From a virus: 64,000 bases of DNA. Below are positions 39,169 through 49,766 of this stretch, one piece after another. The position numbers and the translations under genes are program-made. The stretch is from positions 28,568-92,567 of IMG/VR virus record IMGVR_UViG_3300033149_003931; one strand, given 5' to 3'. The notes under the pieces are model-generated. The model was not told where the DNA came from and did not search any database. It saw only the letters and a program-made list of their open reading frames with translations. Numbering within the stretch: the first letter of the stretch is position 1; each line of letters starts with the position of its first letter.

Positions 39169-39739
39169 TTTTATACTCCGTTATTAATTGGTAAACCTCT
39201 TCCCAAGTCCCGACTCTTGGGGGAAGTACCTTAATATTTGTTGTATTAGAAAAGCATATTGTATAAATTCCTGAGTCTCTTAAACTTTGAACATTATGGG
39301 GAGTATCCTCTATAAAAATATCCACATTAATATCCATTTTACTTTTTAAAAAACATAAGTCCCAAAAAGGTATGGCTTGTTTATCTAACCAACTTGCTGT
39401 TTGTATAATTGCCTCTTTATGAAAATGTTTAATGCAGAGTCTATGCGTAACGATACGGATTCTTGTCCCCTCATCAGATAATTTTTTAAGATATTTTCGC
39501 GTGCCCGGAATCATCGGTATTGTCGTAAAAAGACTCCGTTCAGTAACAGCAAACCGATGAAAATCCTCATATTGTTTTTGATCCTTCAAGCCCCAATTAG
39601 TTAAACTAAAGGAATCTGCTTCAGGAAGAGTATTAAGGGGTATCTCAGCCCATTCAGCGTATAACTCGCGTATTCGGCCATAAAAGTCCCCACAAACACC
39701 ATCAAGGTCTACACCCAATATAAGATTTTCTTTAGACAT
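39161..39739 (-). CDS. 5'(3')-deoxyribonucleotidase (NT5C, HAD)
   Basis: GVDLDGV..IVTHR..FIED. Confidence 0.85.
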   Translation of the reverse strand: MSKENLILGVDLDGVCGDFYGRIRELYAEWAEIPLNTLPEADSFSLTNWGLKDQKQYEDFHRFAVTERSLFTTIPMIPGTRKYLKKLSDEGTRIRIVTHRLCIKHFHKEAIIQTASWLDKQAIPFWDLCFLKSKMDINVDIFIEDTPHNVQSLRDSGIYTICFSNTTNIKVLPPRVGTWEEVYQLITEYKNV

Positions 39740-40263
39740 TATTTTATATTATCCTTGTTTTTGATTTTGCGTATATATTGTTTCTGCTTCTCGTCTAACT
39801 CAGAGTCCAAAGAAGTCTCTAAATCCGCTCCGCGTTTTCTAACGTTTTGAACAGCTTTAGCTACTCTTTTTAAAGTCATGGCTGCCCCACCATAAGTCCC
39901 CTCAAAAAGTCGGCCAACAATTGCACCAATAATGGTACAGGCCCCGGGAAAGAGAATACAGATGATAATTAAACCCGGGATTCCCCAGCCAAATATCATA
40001 TTAAAAAAACTTTTTACTCTCTCAACAATTGTCATACGTCTTTCAGCTTTATTATAACTTTCATCGAAACGAGAATATCCTTTAGTACAAGATTTTATAT
40101 TACCATTTTCGGCCCACTGTGCCTGACCTTTACAACTCTCCCTAAGTTTTCCCTTAACTACAGATTGTGGAACAGTATTTGGTGTATCAAAAGTCAGTCT
40201 AGGTAGTAAAGAACAGCCACTGAGTAATAAACAACTCAAAAGTATTATTATTAATTTTTTCAT
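39739..40263 (-). CDS. Lipoprotein with a C-proximal TM segment (u-spanin-like topology)
   Basis: LLLSGC lipobox; IFGWGIPGLIIICILF TM. Confidence 0.55.
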   Translation of the reverse strand: MKKLIIILLSCLLLSGCSLLPRLTFDTPNTVPQSVVKGKLRESCKGQAQWAENGNIKSCTKGYSRFDESYNKAERRMTIVERVKSFFNMIFGWGIPGLIIICILFPGACTIIGAIVGRLFEGTYGGAAMTLKRVAKAVQNVRKRGADLETSLDSELDEKQKQYIRKIKNKDNIK

Positions 40264-40657
40264 TATTTACCTTGGTTAAGTTAATCTTGTCAAAATGACT
40301 TCTAACTGTTTAATGTGTTCAGAATTCTCCTCTACTTCCTGTTCTAACTCGGTACGGCGTTCAACACACCTATTACGAAGCCTTAAATATTTTAAAGCCT
40401 CAGAATTCTTATATTCAATACCTTCTAAACGCATTTTTTGACAGGCTTTTTGAGATGTTATTAATTGTTGTAATTCTTCTTTTAAATTCATATCCATTAA
40501 CCTCTTCTTAAACGATTGTACCTTTTATCTAATTTAATCAAAAAGTCTTTAGCTTTTAACCAGTTCTCTCCCATAGAGCGAGACTTATTTTTTAACGAAT
40601 AACAATGAGCTAATTTTTCCAAGGTTCTCTGTTTGAGATCAATAACCATGATTAGTC

Positions 40658-41392
40658 CTACTGTTTCATTACTTTAATATATGCGTCAACCTTTTTAAGG
40701 AAAACCCTTATATCACTTACGGGTTCATAAATGCTAATATCATCAAACATTAATCTGCCCCAGAGAATCCCGACTAACTCTTTTTGGATGTTGTAAACTC
40801 CGCCGCCGGAACACCCCCGTTTGCTCTTAAATCCGGCCCAATGCCAGTCCTTTGAGGTTCTTAAAACCTTACCGATAGAATCAAATAATTTCATGGTTGG
40901 ATAACCCACATGCACTAATTCCTCTTGAAGTTTTGGATTATGTCTTGCTAAACTTACAGGAGTCTTTTCTGGGATCTTACCACGAATAATTACTAAAGAG
41001 AGGTCTTCATCCATAGGGGAGAATACTGCGCTGGCTTGAACATTTTCAATTAAAGTCTCTTCAGTCGGGCTAACACAATGTTTACAAGTAATAACGTAGG
41101 AATAATCCTTACTTTCTTTTATCAATACGCCAGAACAAAAGCCGAGACTTCGACCCAGACCAAATATACTAACAGTATACTTTTGAACTTCCTCGGAGAT
41201 TTTATCTTTACGAACTTCACTGGCAAACTCTTCTATTTCTTCCGAATCAATGACCCTCTTTTCGTCTGTAGAGCAGGTTAATTCTGGTTCTGTATTTCGC
41301 GCTTGGGCCTGAATTGAGAAAAAATTAAAACATAAATATAGCCCAGAAAACAGAAGACAGATACCTATTATACGCATTATTGATTTAATCAT
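40658..41392 (-). CDS. Exported trypsin-like serine protease
   Basis: N-terminal TM; TCKHC, DLS, GCSGG. Confidence 0.85.
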   Translation of the reverse strand: MIKSIMRIIGICLLFSGLYLCFNFFSIQAQARNTEPELTCSTDEKRVIDSEEIEEFASEVRKDKISEEVQKYTVSIFGLGRSLGFCSGVLIKESKDYSYVITCKHCVSPTEETLIENVQASAVFSPMDEDLSLVIIRGKIPEKTPVSLARHNPKLQEELVHVGYPTMKLFDSIGKVLRTSKDWHWAGFKSKRGCSGGGVYNIQKELVGILWGRLMFDDISIYEPVSDIRVFLKKVDAYIKVMKQ

Positions 41393-41921
41393 TAGAAGAC
41401 TCCTTGTTTAAAATAAAAAATCTGAAAGATATAATGGTATCAGACATTAAATGATTCCACCAATTAATCTTTCCATATTTCGGAGGATGGAATTTAGCAA
41501 TAGTCATCCATTTAGGATAGAGCTTTTTAACCGCATCTAAGGGTTTAATCTCTTCGGTATAGCGGATAAAGCCATTACTAAATACATGATAATAACCATA
41601 CTGCTTAAAGGTGGTAACAATATGGGCACCTTTCTTAAAATAGATTGTATACATCTGAACTTCGTAACCAAAATAATCCAGAACATACTGAGTATGGATA
41701 CCAAAGTCATCACAATCACCCATTCGGGTTTCTGCAAAGTCTTCAGGGGATTGGTAATATTCTATAGAACCGAATTGTGTCTTATCAGATATGTAAGAAA
41801 AATTTGCTATATAGATTTTCTGTAAATCTTGAGGCGTTATATCCTTAGCAATAGCGATATTACAGAATAATAGCATAAAGAGTAAAATCAAACTGCATAG
41901 TAAATTTTTCATCGTAGCCAT
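41385..41921 (-). CDS. Exported transglutaminase-like cysteine protease
   Basis: Signal peptide; YQSP..GDCDDF..AHIV. Confidence 0.75.
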   Translation of the reverse strand: MATMKNLLCSLILLFMLLFCNIAIAKDITPQDLQKIYIANFSYISDKTQFGSIEYYQSPEDFAETRMGDCDDFGIHTQYVLDYFGYEVQMYTIYFKKGAHIVTTFKQYGYYHVFSNGFIRYTEEIKPLDAVKKLYPKWMTIAKFHPPKYGKINWWNHLMSDTIISFRFFILNKESSND

Positions 41922-42044
41922 AGCCTTCTCACCATTAATTACTCCCGTTTAAAAGCACTATAAGAATAAATATCTGGTTTTCCATCAGAGAAATATCAAA
42001 ACGCCCGTCTTAAGTCTTCTAATTGTTGTTTTTGTGTGAATTTT

Positions 42045-43145
42045 TTATGCCTCTGCAAACCTCTTAATTAATTTTTGTTTTATCTCAGAGAGTAGACCCT
42101 TTTCCTTGAGCGTGATTAAAAGTTCTTTTTGTCCTTTAACTTTAATATCACCATAAGAATACATGGCCCCACCTCTTTTAATTATCCCATATTGGGTAGC
42201 ATATGTCAAGAGAACCTTTGCATTATTAAATTTTGGTGGAGAAAAATAAAACTCCGTAACACCGGAAACTAACGGTACGGAATATTTCGATCTATCAATA
42301 TGAAATTTCATTTCTCGGCCAACAACCTTCTCATTCTTTGTCAACTTTGCTCCGGGTCTCACCTTAATAATATAAGAGGAATGATGCTTTAATGCCTCTC
42401 CGCCGGGAATAGTCTCCGGCGAACCATACACAACACCAACCTTATTCCTAAGATGGGCAATTAAAACAACCAGTGTATCATTATAACTATCCGGATCTTG
42501 TAAATCCGCCGGTTGAAGCCCTGAGGTAAGCTTTTGGACTAATTTACCATTACGCCGAGCCTGTAAAGCATATTGATCTTTTTCAGTCTTTTTATCTAAA
42601 GCCTCTTTAGGTACGCCTGCGGTTACACTATCGAAAATAACTATTCCAAATTGTTTACTCCTAACAGCCACATCTGCAAGATCAATAGCCTCTTCCAAAT
42701 TATTTGGGCGGGCGATATGAAAGTGTTTTAAGTCGTTCCCTAATTTTTTAATCCAAGGTTTATCAATGTCACCTTCACATGCAATATATAAACTAGGAAT
42801 ACCTTGCATAGTAAATACTCCCGCCAGCATTAAAGCTGTAAGAGTTTTCCCCGAGTTAAACGGGCCATATAATAAACTAATAGAGCCTCTGGGCAGCCCG
42901 CCCTCAGTTAAAATATCCAGAAGTAAATTTCGAGTCGAAACTTTTTGCACATTAAGAAGATCCTCAGCAGAAGCAATTGTGCCCTGACCAAACTGCTTTT
43001 CGATTACGGCGAGAGTCTTGTTAAAATCCTTAATCTCTTCTGCTGTAGGAGCTTTTAATTTAGGAACGTCATCAATCATTTGTTCCTGTTGTGTTTCGGT
43101 TACAACAGGTTGTTCCTTAATAGGTTCTTTCTTTTTCTGTGACAT
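42045..43145 (-). CDS. recA: RecA recombinase
   Basis: GGLPRG, GPFNSGKT, IFDSV, YGSPETIPGGEALK. Confidence 0.95.
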   Translation of the reverse strand: MSQKKKEPIKEQPVVTETQQEQMIDDVPKLKAPTAEEIKDFNKTLAVIEKQFGQGTIASAEDLLNVQKVSTRNLLLDILTEGGLPRGSISLLYGPFNSGKTLTALMLAGVFTMQGIPSLYIACEGDIDKPWIKKLGNDLKHFHIARPNNLEEAIDLADVAVRSKQFGIVIFDSVTAGVPKEALDKKTEKDQYALQARRNGKLVQKLTSGLQPADLQDPDSYNDTLVVLIAHLRNKVGVVYGSPETIPGGEALKHHSSYIIKVRPGAKLTKNEKVVGREMKFHIDRSKYSVPLVSGVTEFYFSPPKFNNAKVLLTYATQYGIIKRGGAMYSYGDIKVKGQKELLITLKEKGLLSEIKQKLIKRFAEA

Positions 43146-43169
43146 CAGTTTGTCTCCTAAAAACTTTTA

Positions 43170-43802
43170 TTATAGATCAATGTCTAAATCAGCGAAGTCA
43201 TCATCAACCGGAGTCTCTTTTTCAGTTTCTTCTGCGGTATCCAAATCCTCAATAGAATCTTCAGATATATCTTCCGGAGAATCAGTAATTGATTCGTCTA
43301 TATCGTTTGCCCCATCAAGGTCTCTTACTTGTTGATCTTCTGGTGTTTTGGTTTTGGCTGTTTGATTTTTATACCAATCAAGAGTTTCAGCCATATTTTT
43401 GATACAAACCCTATGTAAAGAATTCACCTCATCAGCGGTCTTTACATCCGTTGCTTGAGCTAAATAAAGAGCCATATCCTTAGCCCATGCCGCGAACATG
43501 GAAACAGGAATATCCCCATTATACTTATCTCCACCCGAGCTTTTTGACCCACCGGCGCGTTTTTTAATCCCAAGAGCATCTCTCTGCTTATTATCTAACC
43601 AAACGGAGTTGGGAAATTTACCCTCACCATGAGGGCAGTCCTCATTCTTACATCTCAAGTCAGGTGACTTTTCGGTTTTTTTCTGGCCGAAAATATTATT
43701 CCACATGTTTGACCCACAATCACATGTAAAATCCCAATAACCTTTTTCGTTCTTCTTTGCTGAAAAATGATTCTTTTTCGATTTAACTACATTATTTCCC
43801 AT
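43170..43802 (-). CDS. Putative ssDNA-binding/annealing protein
   Basis: Zn ribbon; acidic tail ending DDDFADLDIDL; lies between a promoter and recA. Confidence 0.45.
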   Translation of the reverse strand: MGNNVVKSKKNHFSAKKNEKGYWDFTCDCGSNMWNNIFGQKKTEKSPDLRCKNEDCPHGEGKFPNSVWLDNKQRDALGIKKRAGGSKSSGGDKYNGDIPVSMFAAWAKDMALYLAQATDVKTADEVNSLHRVCIKNMAETLDWYKNQTAKTKTPEDQQVRDLDGANDIDESITDSPEDISEDSIEDLDTAEETEKETPVDDDFADLDIDL

Positions 43803-43845
43803 CGCTTAATCCTCCTTGTTTATATTCTCACTTAGCATTATTATA

Positions 43846-43874
43846 AGTATACCATATTTTTAAACGTTTGTCAA
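43846..43874 (-). promoter_or_regulatory. sigma70-type promoter P4 (in a 44-bp block identical to P2)
   Basis: TTGACA-17-TATACT; 43832-43875 equals 26616-26659. Confidence 0.85.
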
Positions 43875-44332
43875 GTTTTTTCTGTATCGCCAAATAAAAC
43901 CATAAGCAGTTTTAAGCCCCCCTAAACAACATGAAGAAATATTTGAATGTTTAAAATTTAAAGCCCTTTCAATATCTCTCGTGCTTTTCCAATCTTTAAT
44001 AAAAATAAAATCTTTTGAATATTGATTAACAATTTTATTCTTGACTCTTTGATTCATTTCAGCCACATTTTGTCCGTGTTCAATAAAACGACAATTACTA
44101 AAAATATAATGACCATTTGAATCTTCTCGATCAATACTCGGCTTTGCCGTTTTATTAGCTCCGTCACGAAACCATAATTGTTGAAGCCCCTCAAGTGTAA
44201 TTAAGCATTTTATTCCTTTACCGCCATAATATTTAAACTTTTCCTGTTGGGATTATTACAGCGAGATAGAATATTTTTATAAATATATTTTAATTTATTC
44301 TTTCTATAATCTTTTTGTCCCCAACTTAACAT
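43860..44332 (-). pseudogene. WFRD-family HNH-NUMOD1 with a 1-nt frameshift
   Basis: MLSWGQ..RCNNP / QEKFKYYGGKG..LWFRDG..TAYGFIWRY..LTNV; shift near 44248. Confidence 0.75.
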
Positions 44333-46851
44333 ATGTCCTGCCACGACTTTCCCGTTTTTGACTCAAGAGTTAATGGAACTTTTAATTTAGTATATGGAGA
44401 TTGTGCATATTTTAAGACTATTTCTTTAACTTTTTCTAAATCACAATCTTTAACTTCGAGAATTCCCGCATCATGAATCTGGTGAACATAACGAACATCT
44501 AAATTGTTTTCTCTAACCTTTTCCCAAACCTTAAACATGCCGATAAAAACCATCTCTACAGCCCAACTTTGAACAATAAAAGATTTCGCCTGCCTAACGA
44601 TCTCTTCTCGTTGTCTTCCCTTAGCTAACTCTATATCGGGAAAAAGCCTGAGAGTACCGAAAGGGGTCATCAATTTTTTATGTTTAAAGACGCGTTGTTC
44701 AATTTGATTTAGCCAAACCCAACCTTCTCGGCATAACTGAAAAAATAATTTCTGAATCTGCTCCGCCTCTTCAATTGATCCACCGTGTTCTGCAACGATA
44801 CCTTCCGGGGATCTTCCGTACATTGAACCATAAACAATCGTCTTAACTTTATTCCTTTTTTCAGCATACTCAGCATCTTTTTTGTTTAGAAATTTTTCCT
44901 CAGGCTCTCGATAAAACTGAGCCGCAATAAAGGCATGAATATCTCGACCAGCATTAACAAACTCAATCCCTTTAGAATCCTTTGACAAATCTAACCAGAC
45001 CCGAAATTCGATTTGTGAATAATCATAGTATAAATAGCTGTATCCCTTTTCTGGAATAAAAATTTCCTTAATACGGCTGAGTCGTGGTACATTTTGAATA
45101 TTGGGTTTTGAGCTCATCACACGGGATGAGTCCGGAGAGAATGGATTAAAGCTACTATGAATTCTTCCGTCAATTCCAATAGCCTTTATATAGCCGCGTA
45201 ATTTTTCAATATGGCCTTTAACGGTTCGATAATTTACCAGCACATTAAGAGAAGGCCGTTTACTTGCGAGTTTTCTTATAGCCTCTGCATTACATGAAGG
45301 ATTATCTGAGTTAGTTTTAACATGAACCGGTAATTGTAGATCCTCATAAAGTAATTTTGTTAATTGCTTCGATGAGTTTAAGCTAAATTCCTCGGGTAAA
45401 TTAAACTTCTTTTTAAATTTGGTCTCACACTTATCTTTCTCTGCCTGATAAAAATCAATAATTTCGTATGCCTTTTTTTCATCAATCTTTATCCCGTGAA
45501 ATTCTAAATCTGAGGCGATAATTTTAATCATGTTGGTTAATATTTTATTTGAAATTAGACTTCCCTGTTCCTTGAGTTTTCTGAAAAGATTCACAAAAAG
45601 CGTGGCTGTATAATAGGTATCCTCAGCACAATAATACCTTCGGTCTTCCATACTTAGGGCCAGAATATGCGCCCGGTCAATCTGTTCCTTATATGAAATT
45701 CCAAAATACAATTGAACCAGAAAACCTAAAGCATTGGCCCCTAACGGGTTCAGAAGAAATTGCATCATCCGAGTATCCGAAACTAAGTTATTAAATAAAT
45801 CATGTCCGGCAGCATAGAGGAATTGTAAATCAAACCCACCATTATGAAATACGACTTTTCGTTTCTTTATGACCCGGGCACAGGCCGGCAAGACTTCAGT
45901 ATAGAAAGGATTTTTTTCTGGTTTCTCTATTAAACGTTTGCCAGCACCATTACACCGAGAACATTCGATCGTATCCGGTAGTTTATTAAACCGCTCTTTC
46001 TGTAAGTCAGTTTTTGCTTTGGCTAAATTTTCAATCTTTTCTTGGTTCGGTATCTGTCCCTTATTACAATCTTTATGGCCACACTTAACTATAGCTCCAA
46101 AGTTTTCTGCATCAAAAGAGACGGTCTGTTTTGTTTTAACATCAGTCAAAGCTATAGTAACAATCTTATCGGATAAAGGATCAAGACCAGTCGTTTCAAC
46201 GTCACTAGAGATATACTCTCCCAAAGCATTTAGATCCTTGAGATCATGAGAATACTCGACTTTTTTCTGAAGCCTTACCTCATCCTGTTTTAATATTACC
46301 CCAACCTTAGCAAAAGCCTTTTCCGTTTGGCGAATCTGAACGCACTTATTGGAGAAATTTGTTAAATAAAACATATCATAGACCGGGACTAAATTACAAT
46401 CATACTCGGCATTATAGAAACTCTTACCCATAACCTGTTTTAGCGGGACTTTCGGATTTACATCAGGAATAAACCATTGTGTAACCATGCGGCCAATTAA
46501 TATAATGACTTTCGGTTTGACTTCTTCGATTTCTTTTTTAAGGTAAAGCTCATAACATTTTTGTTTCATGACCTTAGTTGGTTTCTTTTTCTTATCAGAA
46601 ATAAAGCATTTCACAAAAGTCGTTACATAGATCGAGTTTAAACTTAGACCTATTTTTTCTAAATATCGATCAAGATAATTGTTATATTCACTATCTGAGG
46701 CAATAGATTCAGACTGAATATCGTTCATAAAAGGAGAATCAAAAACCAACATTACTTCAGAATCTTTCCGGCCACGGCCTTCAGTAAAGTTAGCTTCAAT
46801 AAAACCTCTACAAGATTGCTTGTGGAATGAGCACTCTTTACACTTTAACAT
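44326..46851 (-). CDS. polA: Family A DNA polymerase with N-terminal UDG-like domain and 3'-5' exonuclease
   Basis: CKEC..TTFVKC..IILIG (UDG fold); DVETTG, HNGGFD, YCAED; DYSQIEFR, KTIVYG, QIHD. Confidence 0.95.
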   Translation of the reverse strand: MLKCKECSFHKQSCRGFIEANFTEGRGRKDSEVMLVFDSPFMNDIQSESIASDSEYNNYLDRYLEKIGLSLNSIYVTTFVKCFISDKKKKPTKVMKQKCYELYLKKEIEEVKPKVIILIGRMVTQWFIPDVNPKVPLKQVMGKSFYNAEYDCNLVPVYDMFYLTNFSNKCVQIRQTEKAFAKVGVILKQDEVRLQKKVEYSHDLKDLNALGEYISSDVETTGLDPLSDKIVTIALTDVKTKQTVSFDAENFGAIVKCGHKDCNKGQIPNQEKIENLAKAKTDLQKERFNKLPDTIECSRCNGAGKRLIEKPEKNPFYTEVLPACARVIKKRKVVFHNGGFDLQFLYAAGHDLFNNLVSDTRMMQFLLNPLGANALGFLVQLYFGISYKEQIDRAHILALSMEDRRYYCAEDTYYTATLFVNLFRKLKEQGSLISNKILTNMIKIIASDLEFHGIKIDEKKAYEIIDFYQAEKDKCETKFKKKFNLPEEFSLNSSKQLTKLLYEDLQLPVHVKTNSDNPSCNAEAIRKLASKRPSLNVLVNYRTVKGHIEKLRGYIKAIGIDGRIHSSFNPFSPDSSRVMSSKPNIQNVPRLSRIKEIFIPEKGYSYLYYDYSQIEFRVWLDLSKDSKGIEFVNAGRDIHAFIAAQFYREPEEKFLNKKDAEYAEKRNKVKTIVYGSMYGRSPEGIVAEHGGSIEEAEQIQKLFFQLCREGWVWLNQIEQRVFKHKKLMTPFGTLRLFPDIELAKGRQREEIVRQAKSFIVQSWAVEMVFIGMFKVWEKVRENNLDVRYVHQIHDAGILEVKDCDLEKVKEIVLKYAQSPYTKLKVPLTLESKTGKSWQDIC

Positions 46852-46854
46852 TTA

Positions 46855-47175
46855 TTAGCCTCCAAATCGAACCTTCATTAAAACAATTCCAAAAAGAGTT
46901 AATACTAAACCAATCCACTGATTTAAAACAAAATTCTTGCTTTCACCCAAGTAAATAAACATACCTGCATAACCTAAAAGTACAATAAAATCATAGATTA
47001 AACCATCAATCAAAAGATTTTTGGAAATCTTAGCCACGAAAGGCCAGATAGGGATCGGCAGAAACATCAGAAAGAATAACCATGACTTTGGATTCTGGTT
47101 TATTACTTTTGAAATCCAAGCCCATCCACAAGTTAAGACCATAATGGAGGGAATCCACCAAAGATAGTGTATCAT
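46855..47175 (-). CDS. Small multi-TM membrane protein (DMT/SMR-like)
   Basis: About four hydrophobic segments; NQWIGLVL. Confidence 0.5.
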   Translation of the reverse strand: MIHYLWWIPSIMVLTCGWAWISKVINQNPKSWLFFLMFLPIPIWPFVAKISKNLLIDGLIYDFIVLLGYAGMFIYLGESKNFVLNQWIGLVLTLFGIVLMKVRFGG

Positions 47176-47450
47176 TATATAAGCTCCGTTTTACCAGCCC
47201 TCAGAATACTCAAGTCTTATTGTTTTTTTCTGTGACTGGCCTCTTAGTTTATAATAGGAAAAACGAAATCTCCAAAGTTTTTTTTCAAGATGAGTATACT
47301 TTGCTGTAATATCCAAAGTCTTAAACCACCACGTATTAATATTATTGTAAAGTTTGAACAATAGAATAAACGGTATCAGGCATATCATCGTACCGATATA
47401 GATAAAAACGATCCCTAATACCCAATTAATAAAAGGTATTTGTAACCACA

Positions 47451-47858
47451 TTATTTAGAGTCTACCTTTTTCTTTGCATTAAGCCAGCGATCTATAAACC
47501 TGCAATTATCATAGGAGTAATCTAAAGAAGATTTCCGCCTATCTAAAGAGGGGTTAGTCAAGGCCCCAGCATTATCCCGGAACCATAATTTCTTAACCTC
47601 TACCAAAGTCAGGTTAAATTTGACACCTTTGGCGCCATACCACTTATACCCGGGACACTTTGGATTCTCACAACGCTGTTTAGCATTGACATAGAAACGT
47701 AACCACGGATGTTTCTCCCGATAACCATTCGTCTTCTGATCCCGGCCATCGTGGTGCTTCTGGTAATAAGCCTGTTTTTGCTCTCGAAGCTTCTCCCGGT
47801 TGGCTTCACGCCATTTTTTTAAATACTCTTTTCTTTTTACGGGGTCTTTAATGGGCAT
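47451..47858 (-). CDS. WFRD-family HNH protein
   Basis: AKQRCENP..YGAKGV..LWFRD..SLDR..YDNCRFI. Confidence 0.75.
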   Translation of the reverse strand: MPIKDPVKRKEYLKKWREANREKLREQKQAYYQKHHDGRDQKTNGYREKHPWLRFYVNAKQRCENPKCPGYKWYGAKGVKFNLTLVEVKKLWFRDNAGALTNPSLDRRKSSLDYSYDNCRFIDRWLNAKKKVDSK

Positions 47859-48723
47859 CTTTTATCCTCAATATGTCTTGGGTTAACCTGTTTAATTAAA
47901 AATTCAAATCCAAATATAGTTAAACAATAGGGTTTATTCTTTTTATTTTCTAATTTACCTATTGAAAATATCCAGTAAATAAACCTCTTATAATTACTGA
48001 AATATATCCAATATAAATAGTTCATTTTTCACCACGATTAAAATTCTTCAATAAGCGACTAAAGAGACCACCTTTGACACTCTTCTGTTTTTTGTCAGCC
48101 ATTTCCTTCTCTTTTAATTGCCGATACCATTCCGCTCCGTCGATAAGGGCGGTCTCTTCCGGCTTAACAGGTTTCTTTTTTCTACCCCTTAATCTATTAC
48201 GAGTGATTTCGTAAAGTTTTCTCCGAGCATGGTTTTTCGCCAGCTTTTTTATCTTTCGTTTTGTTTGGCTCATTTCTTTACTCCAATGTTATTTGGAACT
48301 ACTCGATGATTTTTTCGGTCTCTCCGACAGTTCAAAATCTTACAGTCAAAATTTTTCTCATAACCTTCTTTGGTATAATAGCTGGTAGAAAAACTCATAT
48401 TCTGGCCTACGCCATAATGGAAGGTGTGAGCAAACATATTTTTTTTAAAATCTTTCTTTCCAGTAACGGGACAGATAGCTGTTTGACTAAATTGTACGAT
48501 TAACCAAATAGTTAAAATAATCTGATAAACAATTAATCCAATAATGAGTTCTTTCATCTTGATTCCTCCAAAAGTTTTTCACCCAGAGGGGCCTCCAAAA
48601 CCTACCCTTTAGCAACTATCAGTTTCATCATAGGCCCCGTTCCACTATTTTCTATCAGCAGGTTTTAATAAACATAGGTATACGCTCCTTACTTTATCAA
48701 ACCTTCACTGTCTGGGTTTTTTA

Positions 48724-48752
48724 AGTATATCATATTTTTTAGTGTTTGTCAA
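48724..48752 (-). promoter_or_regulatory. sigma70-type promoter P5
   Basis: TTGACA-17-TATACT with TG extension. Confidence 0.85.
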
Positions 48753-48893
48753 GTATGACTATTTGATTCTTTGAAATCATTTTAACCCGGTCTTTTAAAT
48801 AACGAGCCCGTCGACCATTGTAATAGGTAACATAGGTATATTTTGTTTTCTTCTCAATTGACCTAACCATATTATATTTCAGATGGTTACACA

Positions 48894-49766
48894 TCAAAAA
48901 TTTCCCGGGGCCACCTGTAAACAGGTTAAGCCAAGCTCTCGCCACATCTGAACGACTTGATCGCGGTCATCTAAAATGAAATCAATATTATATTTACCCC
49001 GGATATTTTCATCAAATAATTCTCTTTTAATAATAGAATCTTTACGTACGTCTCCTGTCTTTCTCATGAATATTTTTAATTCTTTATCCATGACCTGAAC
49101 GTTCTTTTTAATCCACTGTATTGACTGCCTCTTACAACTATCATCTCTACCTGACATAAAGATTACATCACCCTGTCCGTAAGAGAGGTAATCTTCAACG
49201 ATTTGGATAACCGGATCATTTGGTAAATCGGTATCGCATTTATCATACTCATAAGGAGTCCGCCCATTATGTAAACAAATAGTTCCGTCCAAATCACAAA
49301 TAATCGTAGCAGGTAATCCTTCAATGTATTCTATTTTTGTTATTTCAGGTTTGAGATACAGATCATAAAATTTTCGGATCACCTTTTCACCCACCGAGTT
49401 AGCCCGTTTTAAGTCACGTTCAATACATTTTTCTAAAGATAGATCAAAGATCTTAGTTTCAAACTGCAATATGCGTTCAGTCCCATAATACTCATGGATA
49501 AACCGAATCTTACGATCAAAATTTATTGGATTCAAATGTGTAGCATCAACTATTATATTATACCCACTATCTAAGGCGTCCGTGATACAAGATTTTTCCA
49601 TCCGGGAAATTAAGTCCTCCTGTTTAGGTAGCCAATACTTACCCCGCATACGCCTTAAATCATCACGGCTAACCCGAATCCAGTCTATATTCTTCTCACA
49701 GTATGCTCGGGCCCATGTTGACTTACCACTAGCGGGAAGCCCTTGGGTAAAGATTACTTTAGACAT
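48894..49766 (-). CDS. pseT: Polynucleotide kinase/3'-phosphatase (T4 PseT-like)
   Basis: GLPASGKST, RDDLR; CDLDGT, SGR, DDR. Confidence 0.9.
   Translation of the reverse strand: MSKVIFTQGLPASGKSTWARAYCEKNIDWIRVSRDDLRRMRGKYWLPKQEDLISRMEKSCITDALDSGYNIIVDATHLNPINFDRKIRFIHEYYGTERILQFETKIFDLSLEKCIERDLKRANSVGEKVIRKFYDLYLKPEITKIEYIEGLPATIICDLDGTICLHNGRTPYEYDKCDTDLPNDPVIQIVEDYLSYGQGDVIFMSGRDDSCKRQSIQWIKKNVQVMDKELKIFMRKTGDVRKDSIIKRELFDENIRGKYNIDFILDDRDQVVQMWRELGLTCLQVAPGNF

Noticed and set aside
44240-44260. Programmed -1 frameshift in the HNH gene
   Set aside because: No in-frame slippery heptamer; a simple 1-nt deletion or sequencing error is more likely
45900-46100. Intein in the polymerase exonuclease domain
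   Set aside because: Insert is ~60 aa with CxxC pairs and has no HN-C/S/T splice junction
48582-48715. HDV-like ribozyme
   Set aside because: GCUAA follows a short hairpin, but P3/L3 and P1.1 elements are absent
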